Source of the DNA: Promethearchaeota archaeon
GTDB lineage: Archaea; Asgardarchaeota; Lokiarchaeia; Sigyniarchaeales; SOKP01
DNA: 41,833 nucleotides
Reading direction: 5' to 3'
Assembly: GCA_018238625.1 (NCBI GenBank)
Contig: JABCSY010000027.1
Coordinates: 1-41,833 of the forward strand
Shown: piece after piece, positions 1-9,598 of the stretch
How positions within the stretch are numbered: the stretch's first letter is position 1
Layout of the letters: each line of letters opens with the position of its first letter
The notes under the pieces: generated by a model
The model's database searches: none
Seen by the model: the letters and a program-made list of their open reading frames with translations, nothing else
What the model was told of the DNA's origin: nothing
Position numbers and translations under genes: made by a program

Positions 1-2
1 AT

Positions 3-170
3 AAAAGAGAAATAAACGACATTATTACAAAAAAGGTAATTACTACTACGGACAACGAACCAATTGGACTTGCTACCAGACGAATGAAAAACAACAATAT
101 TTCAGCATTACCGGTTGTTGACGAACGTAAGAAAGTAATTGGAATAATTACTTCGGAGGAGTTGATGTAA
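3..170 (+). CDS. C-terminal CBS domain, 5'-truncated; probably the DUF39-CBS aspartate-semialdehyde sulfurtransferase (MA1821/MJ0100-like)
   Basis: Frame 3 reads KREINDIITKKVITTTDNEPIGLATRRMKNNNISALPVVDERKKVIGIITSEELM*, a typical CBS domain (LPVVD..VIGIIT). The family assignment rests on the adjacent NIL-ferredoxin gene. Confidence 0.75.
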   Translation, partial: KREINDIITKKVITTTDNEPIGLATRRMKNNNISALPVVDERKKVIGIITSEELM

Positions 171-567
171 TGCGACTGTAATTAATTGCACCTTACCGTT
201 CGGAGCTATAAGAGACATTGACGACTATTCGAAAATCATAAACGAGATTTTAAAATACGATATTACGTTTAACATTCTAAAGTTTTCTACGGGAACGAGT
301 GGCGTGAACTTCTTGTTAGATGTTCCTGAAAATAAAATGAAAATCATTACTGACGCTTTACAAAGAAACGAAGTAGTTGTAAATAAAAAGGGAAGGGTCA
401 TCGTTGACGACGATAAGTGTATTGATTGTGGTGCTTGCATATCTCTTTGCCCAACCGACGCTCTGCATTTTAACGTGGATGAACGCTTAGAATTGTCGTT
501 TGAAAAATGTATAGGGTGTTTATTATGTATCGATTCTTGTCCAAGGCAAGCTATTGAAAAAATGTGA
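170..567 (+). CDS. NIL domain + 2x[4Fe-4S] ferredoxin (MA1822/MJ0099-like); start uncertain
   Basis: Two CxxCxxCxxxCP motifs. The frame is open upstream of the called GTG304 back to 166 (..ATVINCTLPFGAIRDIDDYSKIINEILKYDITFNILKF..), which looks like a NIL domain. The ATG at 170 after SD GGAGG is one base out of frame. Confidence 0.8.
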
Positions 568-604
568 ATTTTCTTTTTAATAAATAAGAATAGTTTGAAG
601 GAAA

Positions 605-1618
605 TTATTGTTCTGTTATAATTCCAAATATCTCCTTAAGACGAGGGGTTTTTCTTCGCAAGGTAATACAGCGATCTTCTTCGCAACCTCGTAAAATTGC
701 GACTAATTCGTTAAGATGAATAGTTGGTATTTCTAGCTTTTCGCCAAACCATTTTTCGATATTATCTCTATATTCTGGTTTACTTAACGTATAAAGACAC
801 GTTGGGCAGGGCATTAGAACAAAGTCTGCTTTAACGTTTTCCGCGCTTTTTAGCTTGTTATAAGTGATTTCAAGAGCTTCGTGAGGGTTTATTAATAATT
901 GACTGGCCCCCCATCCGCAACAACTCTCTCTTTCTTTGTAATCGACGGGAACGCCCCCAAAAAGCTCAATGAGCGCCTCTAATTTAGTTTTACTCTCTAA
1001 AAAATCTTCTACGTTATTTTTATCTCTCGATAAATTTAAGTAATGACAACCGTAATGAACGGCCACTTTTAAGCCTTTTAAGTCGAACTTTAGAGCGTTG
1101 ACAAGGTCGTCTCGAATTAAGTATAAAAAATCTAAATCGTGAACTATTTTCAGTTTTGGATTTTCTAAAATGTCGTACATTCCAGGATATTTTTCCCTAT
1201 CAGCTTTTTTCTTGACTGAATTCAGGATATTCTGGGTTTTATTTCTCACTTCTGTATTTTTTAAAAAGTCTCGCCCTCTAAGCAGGGAATTGTAGCATCC
1301 GTTGCAACTAACTAACACGATATCTGCTTGCCGATTCATTTCACTAAGATTCCTCTCGTTAATTGCGGAAAATTGGGCTCTTGTTATTAGATTCCTCTGA
1401 AAAAACGTTCCACTGCAGCAAGATTGATCGTGACATATAGATACATCTAATTGTAGTTCTTCTAAGAGATCTTGAAAGCCCCATCTTACGCCTGGAAAAT
1501 ACTTTTCTAAACAAGCTTTAAATAGGCATAACTTCTTACCTTTAAAAAATTCTAAAGGATTTTCAGGGTATTTCTTTTTAATTTCTTGTAAATCTAAAGC
1601 TAAATTATTAAAATGCAT
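605..1618 (-). CDS. hdrB: Heterodisulfide reductase subunit B-like protein (two CCG domains)
   Basis: Motifs SCCSG..SCNGC and HYGCH..SCCGWG..PCPTC; directly downstream of the hdrC-like gene. Confidence 0.85.
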   Translation of the reverse strand: MHFNNLALDLQEIKKKYPENPLEFFKGKKLCLFKACLEKYFPGVRWGFQDLLEELQLDVSICHDQSCCSGTFFQRNLITRAQFSAINERNLSEMNRQADIVLVSCNGCYNSLLRGRDFLKNTEVRNKTQNILNSVKKKADREKYPGMYDILENPKLKIVHDLDFLYLIRDDLVNALKFDLKGLKVAVHYGCHYLNLSRDKNNVEDFLESKTKLEALIELFGGVPVDYKERESCCGWGASQLLINPHEALEITYNKLKSAENVKADFVLMPCPTCLYTLSKPEYRDNIEKWFGEKLEIPTIHLNELVAILRGCEEDRCITLRRKTPRLKEIFGIITEQ

Positions 1619-1651
1619 TTTATCCTATTCAATTAATCTTTTTTTTAATTT

Positions 1652-2188
1652 CTATTTCGATTTCTTCTTAGTTTTCTTGTTTTTTTTGCTTTGGTCGGTT
1701 TTACTTGCTTTAAACACATATTTTATTCGTGCAAAGTTACAAATCTCGTAGATTTCATCAACCCGCTCCTGTGGTAATTTACCTCCCAATGGGTCTTCTA
1801 CTACAGTACCTTGGGTTAAAAATCTCTCCGACATCTCGACGTATTTTCTCAAATCGCTATATTTTGGTCCAAAACCTTTTCTAAAAGATTCGTTCCTAAG
1901 GTTGATTATAAGTAAGGGGATGTTTATATTTTCTTTAGGACAAACTCGTTTACATCTTTCGCATAAATAGCAATACCAAATATCAGAATCTTTCAAAACG
2001 CTTTTATCGCCGCGAAGAACTTTCTTAATAATTTTTCTACTATTAAAGTTAGATACTTTCGCAGCAGGACAATCACCTACGCACTTTCCACACGAAATGC
2101 ATTGAATGATATTTTTATTTTCGTCCACATCATCAACGAGTTCTTCGTAAAATTCCCAATTCCAATCTAAATCTGTGTAATCGTCCAT
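1652..2188 (-). CDS. hdrC: Heterodisulfide reductase subunit C-like 4Fe-4S protein
   Basis: CISCGKCVGDCP and WYCYLCERCKRVCP. Start moved to ATG 2188 (MDDYTD) because the longer ORF overlaps the upstream gene and an AT-rich spacer. Confidence 0.85.
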   Translation of the reverse strand: MDDYTDLDWNWEFYEELVDDVDENKNIIQCISCGKCVGDCPAAKVSNFNSRKIIKKVLRGDKSVLKDSDIWYCYLCERCKRVCPKENINIPLLIINLRNESFRKGFGPKYSDLRKYVEMSERFLTQGTVVEDPLGGKLPQERVDEIYEICNFARIKYVFKASKTDQSKKNKKTKKKSK

Positions 2189-2303
2189 CTTATTAATTAT
2201 CTCAAAATTTATCCGGATTATTTCACTACTTAAAAGAGAATCATCATTGATAGTAAAAAAATTATTGCAATTAGAAATATAAGGATATAATAAAAAAAAA
2301 GAT

Positions 2304-3059
2304 TTATTTTTTAGTGAATATAGCGTGCATCCAGCTTGGAAGGATAAACCCTCCATAAAATTCGAGCGCACTGATTATTAATAATAATCGAGTTATAACT
2401 ACCATAATTGCTAACACGGGGTCAGTAGAAACTTCAAAAATCGTACCAAGTAATGAATCTAAAACAGCAGCAAGCGTGAAAGTGATAAAGGCCGCGCGAA
2501 GCAGTTTTCCTTTTAATACCACATCCCGATCTTCCGACTTCACTGATTTGTGAGCAAATTTAATTCCAGTTACAAACATAATTAGAATTACGATTAATAA
2601 AGTGATGCTAATAAATACTCCGAATTCCACGGTAAAAGGCCTTGACTGACTGATTATTCCTATTTGATCAATATCCGTAATTAATAGATAAAAGAAGATG
2701 ATTTCAAAAATTATGCCAAAAAAGACAGTTAAAATTACAGTTAATTTTTGCTTTTTTTTATTAATCATATCTGTGTAGGCGATTAGCCAAACTAAAAGGG
2801 CAACCGGCATAGTAACATTTCCGATAATAAAATACCACTCAATTGCAAGAGATTCGTGAAAAATTAGGTTCATAATAAAACTAAGTGAATCAGGAAACCA
2901 CGGCGTTGCAATTCCAATCCAGGAAAGACCTACAAGAATGTAAAGCCTCGATTTATATTGAAAATATTTAGATAGTATTGAAAAACCAATTATTAACGAG
3001 ATTATAACAAAGATTAAACTGAAACTCCCTTGTAAGTAATCTACAAGTTCTAATGCCAA
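2304..3059 (-). CDS. Hypothetical polytopic membrane protein (about 7 TM)
   Basis: About seven hydrophobic segments; TTG start preceded by AGGAG. Confidence 0.8.
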   Translation of the reverse strand: MALELVDYLQGSFSLIFVIISLIIGFSILSKYFQYKSRLYILVGLSWIGIATPWFPDSLSFIMNLIFHESLAIEWYFIIGNVTMPVALLVWLIAYTDMINKKKQKLTVILTVFFGIIFEIIFFYLLITDIDQIGIISQSRPFTVEFGVFISITLLIVILIMFVTGIKFAHKSVKSEDRDVVLKGKLLRAAFITFTLAAVLDSLLGTIFEVSTDPVLAIMVVITRLLLIISALEFYGGFILPSWMHAIFTKK

Positions 3060-3190
3060 AAATATCTCCTAAATTTGTTTTTTATGAAAAGTTAATGCTG
3101 ATCAAAATTTGATTTTAATATATTATAAAGGTTTTTGGAACTTAACTTTGTACTACATTTTAGGATAACATAGAATTAAGATTAATACAA

Positions 3191-4264
3191 TTAAATTACA
3201 TTATAGTCTAAAATTGACGGTTGGCTGTTAAGCGGGTTAATTAACAACTTTAAATGAAATAGGTATTGATCGAAAGAAATTTCATCCTTCTGATACCTTT
3301 CTACTAATAACTGAATAATGTAGTAGGGAGTAAATTTAATAAATCTAATATCGCTAAAGAGGTACACATTCCCTTTTGCTTCGAATATTAATTTTTTTTC
3401 CAATAATTCTTCAAATAGTTCTTCTTTATTACTTAAAATGTTAATGCTTTCATTTACAGTTAACTCATTCTTTCTTAGAGCTTTTATTAAGTTAAACACG
3501 TCCCTGTCAATTAGAAAATTAATAATTTCCTTATTTTCAATTTCTTGACTGCAATTATAATTAGAAAATAATTTAACAAATTCTTTTTTGAATTTTTTCA
3601 AGAGCTTCTCCTCTGTTCCCTCATCTGGTAATCTTTTAGGAGGTACTCTGGTATAGGATAAATCTTTAATTAAAAAATAGCATTCTTTACTTCCGGAAAC
3701 ATTTTTTTTTAAAATTAATTTTTCTCGGATGAAAGATATCAACAATAAATCAATATTGACGGTCGAAAAACCGTAATCTTGCCGGAGTGTTTCGGCTAAA
3801 TCTACTTTAGAAATTACGCCATTTCGCAGAATTTGTAATATGGTATATTTTATCTTTTCTTGAAAAAAATTAATTAAATCTTCTCCTTCATTTTTTTTAC
3901 TGTAATTCTTTATCGTATTAAATGCTTCAGAGATGGTTCTCGTAATTTTATTCGTGTTTATAAGTTCTAATAAGTTTTTAGTAATAACTGCTAATATGTC
4001 TGATGTAATTATCTCGCTAACTTTATTTTTAGACTTGAAAAATAAACACAAAAAATAAATTTCCCCTTCATACTCTTGAATAACAGAAATAATATTACCA
4101 TCGTTTTCTTTAAGTTCAATTAGCGCGTCCTCCTTATTTAAATCGTGTTGAGCCCAAATCTTCAGAAAGATGTCCTTCGAAGGATACGCTCCTTCAGGAG
4201 GGTATTGTATTATTGGTATTGGTCCGGTGCTTTTATTCCAATGAACTATAATTAATCGTTCCAT
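3191..4264 (-). CDS. Putative longin/uDENN-like N-terminal domain protein with winged-helix-like C-terminal part
   Basis: N-terminus LIIVHWNKSTGPIPIIQYPP resembles the beta1-GP-beta2-YP start of uDENN/NPRL2-type longins. ILQILRNGVISKVDLAETL..IDLLLISFIREKLI looks wHTH-like. Confidence 0.55.
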   Translation of the reverse strand: MERLIIVHWNKSTGPIPIIQYPPEGAYPSKDIFLKIWAQHDLNKEDALIELKENDGNIISVIQEYEGEIYFLCLFFKSKNKVSEIITSDILAVITKNLLELINTNKITRTISEAFNTIKNYSKKNEGEDLINFFQEKIKYTILQILRNGVISKVDLAETLRQDYGFSTVNIDLLLISFIREKLILKKNVSGSKECYFLIKDLSYTRVPPKRLPDEGTEEKLLKKFKKEFVKLFSNYNCSQEIENKEIINFLIDRDVFNLIKALRKNELTVNESINILSNKEELFEELLEKKLIFEAKGNVYLFSDIRFIKFTPYYIIQLLVERYQKDEISFDQYLFHLKLLINPLNSQPSILDYNVI

Positions 4265-4405
4265 TTTAGTGAGTAGTTAAACTATAATAATATATCAAAT
4301 CGATTTATAATGCAGAAAATTGTTAATTTATATAATTAAATAGACAAATTCAATATAAATTCTATTGCCAAAAATAATATGAAAATTTGAAAAAAATATT
4401 CTAAC

Positions 4406-4657
4406 TTAGAATAGACCAATATATTTTTTCTTAATAGCTTCTACGGTTTCTAGCAATAACTCGGCCATTCTTTTATCATCAGAAGGATTTACGCTCTCAA
4501 TAAAGTTTTTTATCATCTGATGAGCAAGTTCTTTGTCTTTTTGATTATATTTATGCTGTCTAAACTTAAATAAAAAGTAAAATTCCTCTTTTAACCAATT
4601 TAATTTTTGAACTAAACTATCTTCTAAAATATCGTTATAATCCCCGTATAAAAACAT
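4406..4657 (-). CDS. Hypothetical helical protein
   Basis: 83-aa ORF with AGGTG SD upstream of the ATG. Confidence 0.7.
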   Translation of the reverse strand: MFLYGDYNDILEDSLVQKLNWLKEEFYFLFKFRQHKYNQKDKELAHQMIKNFIESVNPSDDKRMAELLLETVEAIKKKYIGLF

Positions 4658-4797
4658 TTAGAACACCTTCTTATCGATTAAATTCACAATCAATTTAATT
4701 ATTATTATAGTAGTGTGTAACTTTAAATAATTTTGCAATATAATTCTTAAGTGATCCCAATTTAAGCTCTAAGACTAATTTTTTACTATCCATCTAT

Positions 4798-4983
4798 TTA
4801 GATATCGATCTTTCTAAAGTGGTATCTTGTTATCGTTTTAGAAAGTTCCCAAATAGATTGGATATTATTAGAATTGATCGCATGATTAAGTTCTTTGTAT
4901 AGTTTTGATAAGGATGGTTGATTATCCGTAAAATTCTCGCTTTTCTTAATACCTAGTTTTTCATCGTTATTCATACCAACCAT
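4798..4983 (-). CDS. Small hypothetical protein
   Basis: 61-aa ORF filling an intergenic gap, co-oriented with its neighbours. Confidence 0.45.
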   Translation of the reverse strand: MVGMNNDEKLGIKKSENFTDNQPSLSKLYKELNHAINSNNIQSIWELSKTITRYHFRKIDI

Positions 4984-5067
4984 TCAAATTTCAAAAATTA
5001 AAAACAGAAATAATATCACAATAACATACTTAGCTTCTTTAATCTCGAAAAAAAAAAAATGAGAAAA

Positions 5068-6357
5068 CTATTGTTCTAAGTAAAGAAATCTTTCCAGATA
5101 GTAAACCCAAACTTGCGAAAAAGTATTACCTACGATGAGATCGCTAGCATGTGCTGCAAATGGAAAGGTCAAGAGCATGCAGTTAACACCATTGGTATTT
5201 AACGCGCTTTTTATCGTTTCAGCGTTTATTAAAGGGACTAAATCATCTCTTAAACCCTGGAAAATTATAGCGGGTGGATCGGTCGCATCTGCTAAATTAC
5301 TGGGAGTGAATTTTTCGAACGCTAAAGGGTTTGATATTGGATCGCCAGGGATTAACCTTGATAAAGGTTCGCGAGTAAAATAAGGATCAGCGAAATTTGG
5401 AGGGTAAATTGGGATAATCCCTTTTATATTTAAAGCGTTACTAAAGTTTCCAGCAAAATAAGGGTCGTTATATCCTAACCCTATAACACCTGTCAAATGA
5501 GCACCAGCAGAGCCGCCCATGATAAAAACGGAGTCTAAATTCGCGTTATAAGTGCTTGCAAATGTTGTTTCTAACTGTTTGGTAAAGTTTCCTATTTGGT
5601 AAACCATATCGTGTAGAGTTAAATTCCCTCTAACGTGATCTGGAGTAGGAATAAAAGAAGAACCTCCAGCGTCTAACAGACCGTATTGAATATCGAACAC
5701 TACATACCCTTGAGCAGCAAGATACTTATTTAGTACTAATACGTTTCCTAAGCTTTTATCTCCAAATTGCCAACTTCCTCCGTGAATCTTAATAATTACG
5801 CTGTTATTTCCAGGCAATTGTGTCGTTGTAGATTTCGGATAATATACATCAAAATAGAGCTGGAATCCGTCGTTGTCGTAATATTTTACATCAGTTTCTA
5901 CATTGCAATCTCTATGTGAAAACCCTAAAAAGTAATTGTAAAGGTTAAATTGAGTAGGTAAAAAAAAAGAATCTACAGTTGAAGGTATTTGTGCTCTCCA
6001 ATTTTCGCCATATGCAACATTGAATTCATTTTCCGCGGTTTGGATTGAAATAGGCGTAGCTATTAATGGTAAGGCGTTAAGAAAGGTTAAGACTAATCCA
6101 AAAACTAATATACATTTTTTCACTAGACTTCTTCGTTTGATTTTAGGGATTAGTTTTACTAAAAGTATCGTTGTAGTAAGATATAAAAACATTAGAAAAC
6201 CAGAAATTTGAGCTATAAAATATGACAAAGAACTCGAAATCCCATCTTGAAGAGGAATAAATAATACGATTGTAAAGTAAATTCCAATGATAAAGGTTAA
6301 AAAACTTAGAATTACAAGTAAAAATTTTAGAGATTTCAGTAAGAATAGTTTATTCAA
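5068..6357 (-). CDS. Membrane-anchored alpha/beta hydrolase (HSL-like esterase/lipase)
   Basis: HGGSW oxyanion motif, GGSAG nucleophile elbow, DDLVP and AAH residues, three N-terminal TM helices. Start placed at TTG 6357 after SD GAGGTG, coupled to the upstream stop. Confidence 0.85.
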   Translation of the reverse strand: MNKLFLLKSLKFLLVILSFLTFIIGIYFTIVLFIPLQDGISSSLSYFIAQISGFLMFLYLTTTILLVKLIPKIKRRSLVKKCILVFGLVLTFLNALPLIATPISIQTAENEFNVAYGENWRAQIPSTVDSFFLPTQFNLYNYFLGFSHRDCNVETDVKYYDNDGFQLYFDVYYPKSTTTQLPGNNSVIIKIHGGSWQFGDKSLGNVLVLNKYLAAQGYVVFDIQYGLLDAGGSSFIPTPDHVRGNLTLHDMVYQIGNFTKQLETTFASTYNANLDSVFIMGGSAGAHLTGVIGLGYNDPYFAGNFSNALNIKGIIPIYPPNFADPYFTREPLSRLIPGDPISNPLAFEKFTPSNLADATDPPAIIFQGLRDDLVPLINAETIKSALNTNGVNCMLLTFPFAAHASDLIVGNTFSQVWVYYLERFLYLEQ

Positions 6358-6802
6358 ATTTCCATACACCTCTATTGTCAATGTTTAAAAATGTAGTAAG
6401 AGCAAGCTGCAAACTAACCATTTCGATTCCAAAAAATCCAATGATAATCATGAGAAAGGCTATAACGAAAATATATCCATTTAAAATGAATGCCGTAAGA
6501 ATTACGCCCCACAAAATCAATAAAACTCCGATTATGAATAAAATTATGTTGTAATAAGTTAATCTATTAATCCTTTTTCCTATTACGGTAGATTTATTAA
6601 GATAGGAATCGTCTATAAGAAGAATTACTATATTGAGGAACCAGGACGCGATTAATATAACTCCAAATATATCAAATATGAATGAATTAACTGGAAAAGA
6701 GAAATAGATGATTCCAAACGCACAACTTAGAATATGCAAAAATATACCTAATTGGCTAAGGTTTTTCGCTAACATTTTAGGAATATTGTTTTTTTCTAAC
6801 AT
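6350..6802 (-). CDS. Hypothetical 4-TM membrane protein
   Basis: Four hydrophobic segments; 3' end overlaps the start of the esterase gene. Confidence 0.75.
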   Translation of the reverse strand: MLEKNNIPKMLAKNLSQLGIFLHILSCAFGIIYFSFPVNSFIFDIFGVILIASWFLNIVILLIDDSYLNKSTVIGKRINRLTYYNIILFIIGVLLILWGVILTAFILNGYIFVIAFLMIIIGFFGIEMVSLQLALTTFLNIDNRGVWKFE

Positions 6803-6931
6803 TTTTTTTCAAGATTTCGTTTTAATTTTACTTAAAACTACTTTTGTTTTAATCACTAATAAAACTTTATGATGATAGGAATAAAGAAATATTTTATTAA
6901 ATCCTAATTAAACTTATTCTGAGTTAGTAGC

Positions 6932-7780
6932 TTAATCATTTTTCTGCGATTTCTTCTTTTCATAATGCTTGCTTGTAAGATAATATGCTACAAACATGAT
7001 GATTAAAACGCCTAACACGATTAATAGCACATTGTTGAAATTAACAGATAAAGCTTCAACTTGTTCAGTTGGTAAATCAATAAGGCTTACAGGAAAAGTT
7101 ATACCAACCGTAAAAGAGGCACCAAGCCAAGAATAAAAAAATGCTCTGGGTATTGAACCAATAAATGTTCCTAAAGAATATTTCTTAACATCTAAATCGA
7201 CAAGACCAGCTGTGTAAGAAATTGGATCAAAAGCTATAAAAGGCAATAATCTTGCGATGATAATCGCTGACATTCCATATTTATGGATAAAATCATCGGC
7301 TAAAGATATTGCACTTTTTCCTACAAACTTCTCAGCGAGTGGGCGACCACCTTTTCTACTTATATAATAACACAATAGAGCTGCGGCCATTGAACCAATA
7401 ACGCCCATAATTCCACCTCCAACTAATCCCCAAATCATTCCAGCTGCAAGAAGAACTATTTCGGAGGGGATTGGAACTAAAAGTCCTTGTATCCCCATTA
7501 TTAATATAAACAACAGAATACCAAAAATACCCCAAAGGTAAATTGGATTAATGAACCATTTTACTACTAAAGTTAGTAAAAATGTTTCGCCACCGCCTAA
7601 ATAAATATACCAGAGCAACCCTAGTGAAATAACTACTAATCCTATAAATAAGATAATGTATATAATGGTTTTAAAACTATACTGTGAAAAATTAAATAGG
7701 TTTCTAATATATTTCTTTAACTTAAAAGAAAAGGAATCGTTATTTTTATTACTTATTTCTTTATTTTCCATGTTTATCAA
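6932..7780 (-). CDS. VTT/DedA (TVP38/TMEM64, SNARE-associated) family membrane protein
   Basis: PIPSEIVLLAAGMIWG and ARLLPFIAFDPISYTAGL motifs. Confidence 0.9.
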   Translation of the reverse strand: MINMENKEISNKNNDSFSFKLKKYIRNLFNFSQYSFKTIIYIILFIGLVVISLGLLWYIYLGGGETFLLTLVVKWFINPIYLWGIFGILLFILIMGIQGLLVPIPSEIVLLAAGMIWGLVGGGIMGVIGSMAAALLCYYISRKGGRPLAEKFVGKSAISLADDFIHKYGMSAIIIARLLPFIAFDPISYTAGLVDLDVKKYSLGTFIGSIPRAFFYSWLGASFTVGITFPVSLIDLPTEQVEALSVNFNNVLLIVLGVLIIMFVAYYLTSKHYEKKKSQKND

Positions 7781-7811
7781 CCTTGTTTATCAAATCATTT
7801 AATAACCTTTG

Positions 7812-7860
7812 AGGGCTAATTTTACAAAAGAAGGATCGATTATAAATTAGCCCTTTTTTT
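7812..7860 (+). other. 11-bp perfect inverted repeat followed by a T-tract (hairpin/terminator-like)
   Basis: agggctaattt (7812-7822) and aaattagccct (7844-7854), then T run to 7860. Confidence 0.5.
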
Positions 7861-8032
7861 CATTATCTACATTGATATCTCCCAGTTCCTCATAGTTGGC
7901 AATTCTATAACTTTCAAATTATTCATGTAAAAATTATTGCGATTTCAGTCGCACCAATTTGTTGCTCTACCGATTTACTGTACTTGCAAAAGATAGTTCT
8001 CCAACTTCTTGCTGCACAGTGCCTTGAATATC

Positions 8033-8158
8033 TTAAGGGTATTCTTCCAGAAACCTATCAAGATCCCCCTCGTAGCTAAAAGCGCAGCAACATTGATACA
8101 TTACTGGGTTAAAAAGGAGGTTTTCCATACAGTCGCTGCAAATACCGATTTCATTCAT
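8033..8158 (-). pseudogene. Small Cys-rich ORF (41 aa), possibly the 5' part of a decayed gene
   Basis: MNEIGICSDCMENLLFNPVMYQCCCAFSYEGDLDRFLEEYP*; downstream DNA is coding-like in composition but broken by stops. Confidence 0.35.
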
Positions 8159-8207
8159 AAGAATTAATTAAAATAACTCATTTTTAAGCCTTACAAACAT
8201 TTTATTT

Positions 8208-8522
8208 TTATATGGTGAATCTTGAAAAGAAATTTCTAAGTTTTTTCAACATTGACTTTTCTGAACCCCATTTTATTTGTAATAATCCAGTAGCTCCTCC
8301 CGAAGCAATTATATTAATTAGACAGTTATTTTCATTCTTAAAATCAAATATTACTATTGCTGATAAATTAGAGCTAACTCGAAAATAAAATTCTTCAATA
8401 ATAAAAACTCTCGTAGTTCCATTAAAATTAATAAAACTAAAAGCTGGTGGAAATTTACTTGTGAACTTGCTGATTAATACCTCTGGATCTATACCTTCTA
8501 AAGTAAAAGATTCTTGCTCCAT
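8208..8522 (-). CDS. DUF6054-like small protein
   Basis: EEFYFRVSSNLS..IIASGGATG..WGSE pattern, matched to the family from memory. Confidence 0.55.
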   Translation of the reverse strand: MEQESFTLEGIDPEVLISKFTSKFPPAFSFINFNGTTRVFIIEEFYFRVSSNLSAIVIFDFKNENNCLINIIASGGATGLLQIKWGSEKSMLKKLRNFFSRFTI

Positions 8523-8600
8523 ATTTATAGATTAGTAAATTAACTATAAATAATTTAACATTTTTGAATAAAAAAAGTTAAAGTCTCTTTTTATTAAATA

Positions 8601-8708
8601 TGTAAGTTTTTCAGCTACTTAGTTGGAAGAATTGTAAGTTTTGTTTAATATTCTCACAATCATTTGTAAGTTTGAACCTTAAGTCATTATTCTTTTATTG
8701 CAAGTTTT
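8601..8708. repeat. Four phased 10-bp direct repeats TGYAAGTTTK in a divergent intergenic region
   Basis: Copies start at 8601 (tgtaagtttt), 8633 (tgtaagtttt), 8665 (tgtaagtttg) and 8699 (tgcaagtttt); spacing 32, 32, 34 bp. Confidence 0.65.
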
Positions 8709-8863
8709 CATAAAATAGTTTAAATAGCTTTAAAACCTATAAATTTTAAGAGTTTTGAAAAAATTTTATGAGCAAAAAAGAAAATTCTAAATTTGACAAA
8801 ATTCAAATACTTTCTATAAAAATTTGTTTTTTGCTAATAATTCAAAGCAGATTCATAATAATT

Positions 8864-9598
8864 ATGAAAAAACCACACATATTTGCTCACAGAGGAGGAA
8901 TGGGCAATTGTATAGAAAATACAATTCCTTGCTTTAAAAATGCGGTAAAAATAGGAGTAAATATAGAAACTGATCTCCAACTTACAAAAGACAATAAGCT
9001 AATCTGTTATCACGACCACCACATTAAAATAGATTCTGAATCGTATGATATAAAAAAACTAACATTGGTTGAGTTAAAAAATATCAAATTTGAGGATAAC
9101 CGAGAAATTCCAACGACCACCGAAGTGTTTAACGCTTTGAATAACCATGCTAACGATTTAAGGTATAGCTGCGATATTCGAGACATAAAAACGGGCTTAA
9201 AACTAATAGACATAGCTACAGAGTTCGGCATTCTTGATAAAATTGAAATTACGGAAAAAAACCATAATGTCTTGCTTAAGTTAAGAGAATACGATAATAG
9301 AATAAAGCTAGTCCATACATTAACTGATAAAATTTCTAGTATTAATGACAATATTGGTGATGTTAAAATATTAAAAGATTTAAAAATTGAAGCTATTAAC
9401 ATTCAAAGTTGGAGAGCTAATATCAAGAATTTAAAACAAATAATTGATCTTGGCTTTAAATGTTACGTGTGGGGGGTTAACAGTAAAGCTCGCATGAAAA
9501 AGGTTTTAAACTTAACTTATAATGGAGAGGTTGTGAGTGCTATTTACACAGATTACCCCGATATACTCGTCAAATTGTGTAAAGAAAAATATACTTAG
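8864..9598 (+). CDS. Glycerophosphodiester phosphodiesterase (GDPD)
   Basis: AHRG, ENT, IETD..TKD..HD and IYTDYP motifs; likely start ATG 8864 (MKKPHIFAHRG). Confidence 0.92.
   Translation: MKKPHIFAHRGGMGNCIENTIPCFKNAVKIGVNIETDLQLTKDNKLICYHDHHIKIDSESYDIKKLTLVELKNIKFEDNREIPTTTEVFNALNNHANDLRYSCDIRDIKTGLKLIDIATEFGILDKIEITEKNHNVLLKLREYDNRIKLVHTLTDKISSINDNIGDVKILKDLKIEAINIQSWRANIKNLKQIIDLGFKCYVWGVNSKARMKKVLNLTYNGEVVSAIYTDYPDILVKLCKEKYT

Noticed and set aside
605-2188. Evidence for methanogenesis
   Set aside because: HdrBC homologues are common in non-methanogenic anaerobes; no mcr or mtr genes are in the window.
2189-2371. N-terminal extension of HdrC in the ORF track
   Set aside because: It overlaps the upstream gene and an AT-rich spacer and has no HdrC-like features.
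6350-6381. Frameshift or second intron joining the 4-TM protein and the esterase
   Set aside because: A GAGGTG SD and TTG start at 6357 explain the overlap as ordinary translational coupling; I saw no BHB motif.
8601-8708. CRISPR mini-array
   Set aside because: Repeats are only 10 bp with 22-24 bp spacers and no cas genes are nearby; kept only as a phased motif.
8768-8863. N-terminal extension of GDPD
   Set aside because: GDPD domains begin just before AHRG; the extension is AT-rich promoter-like sequence.
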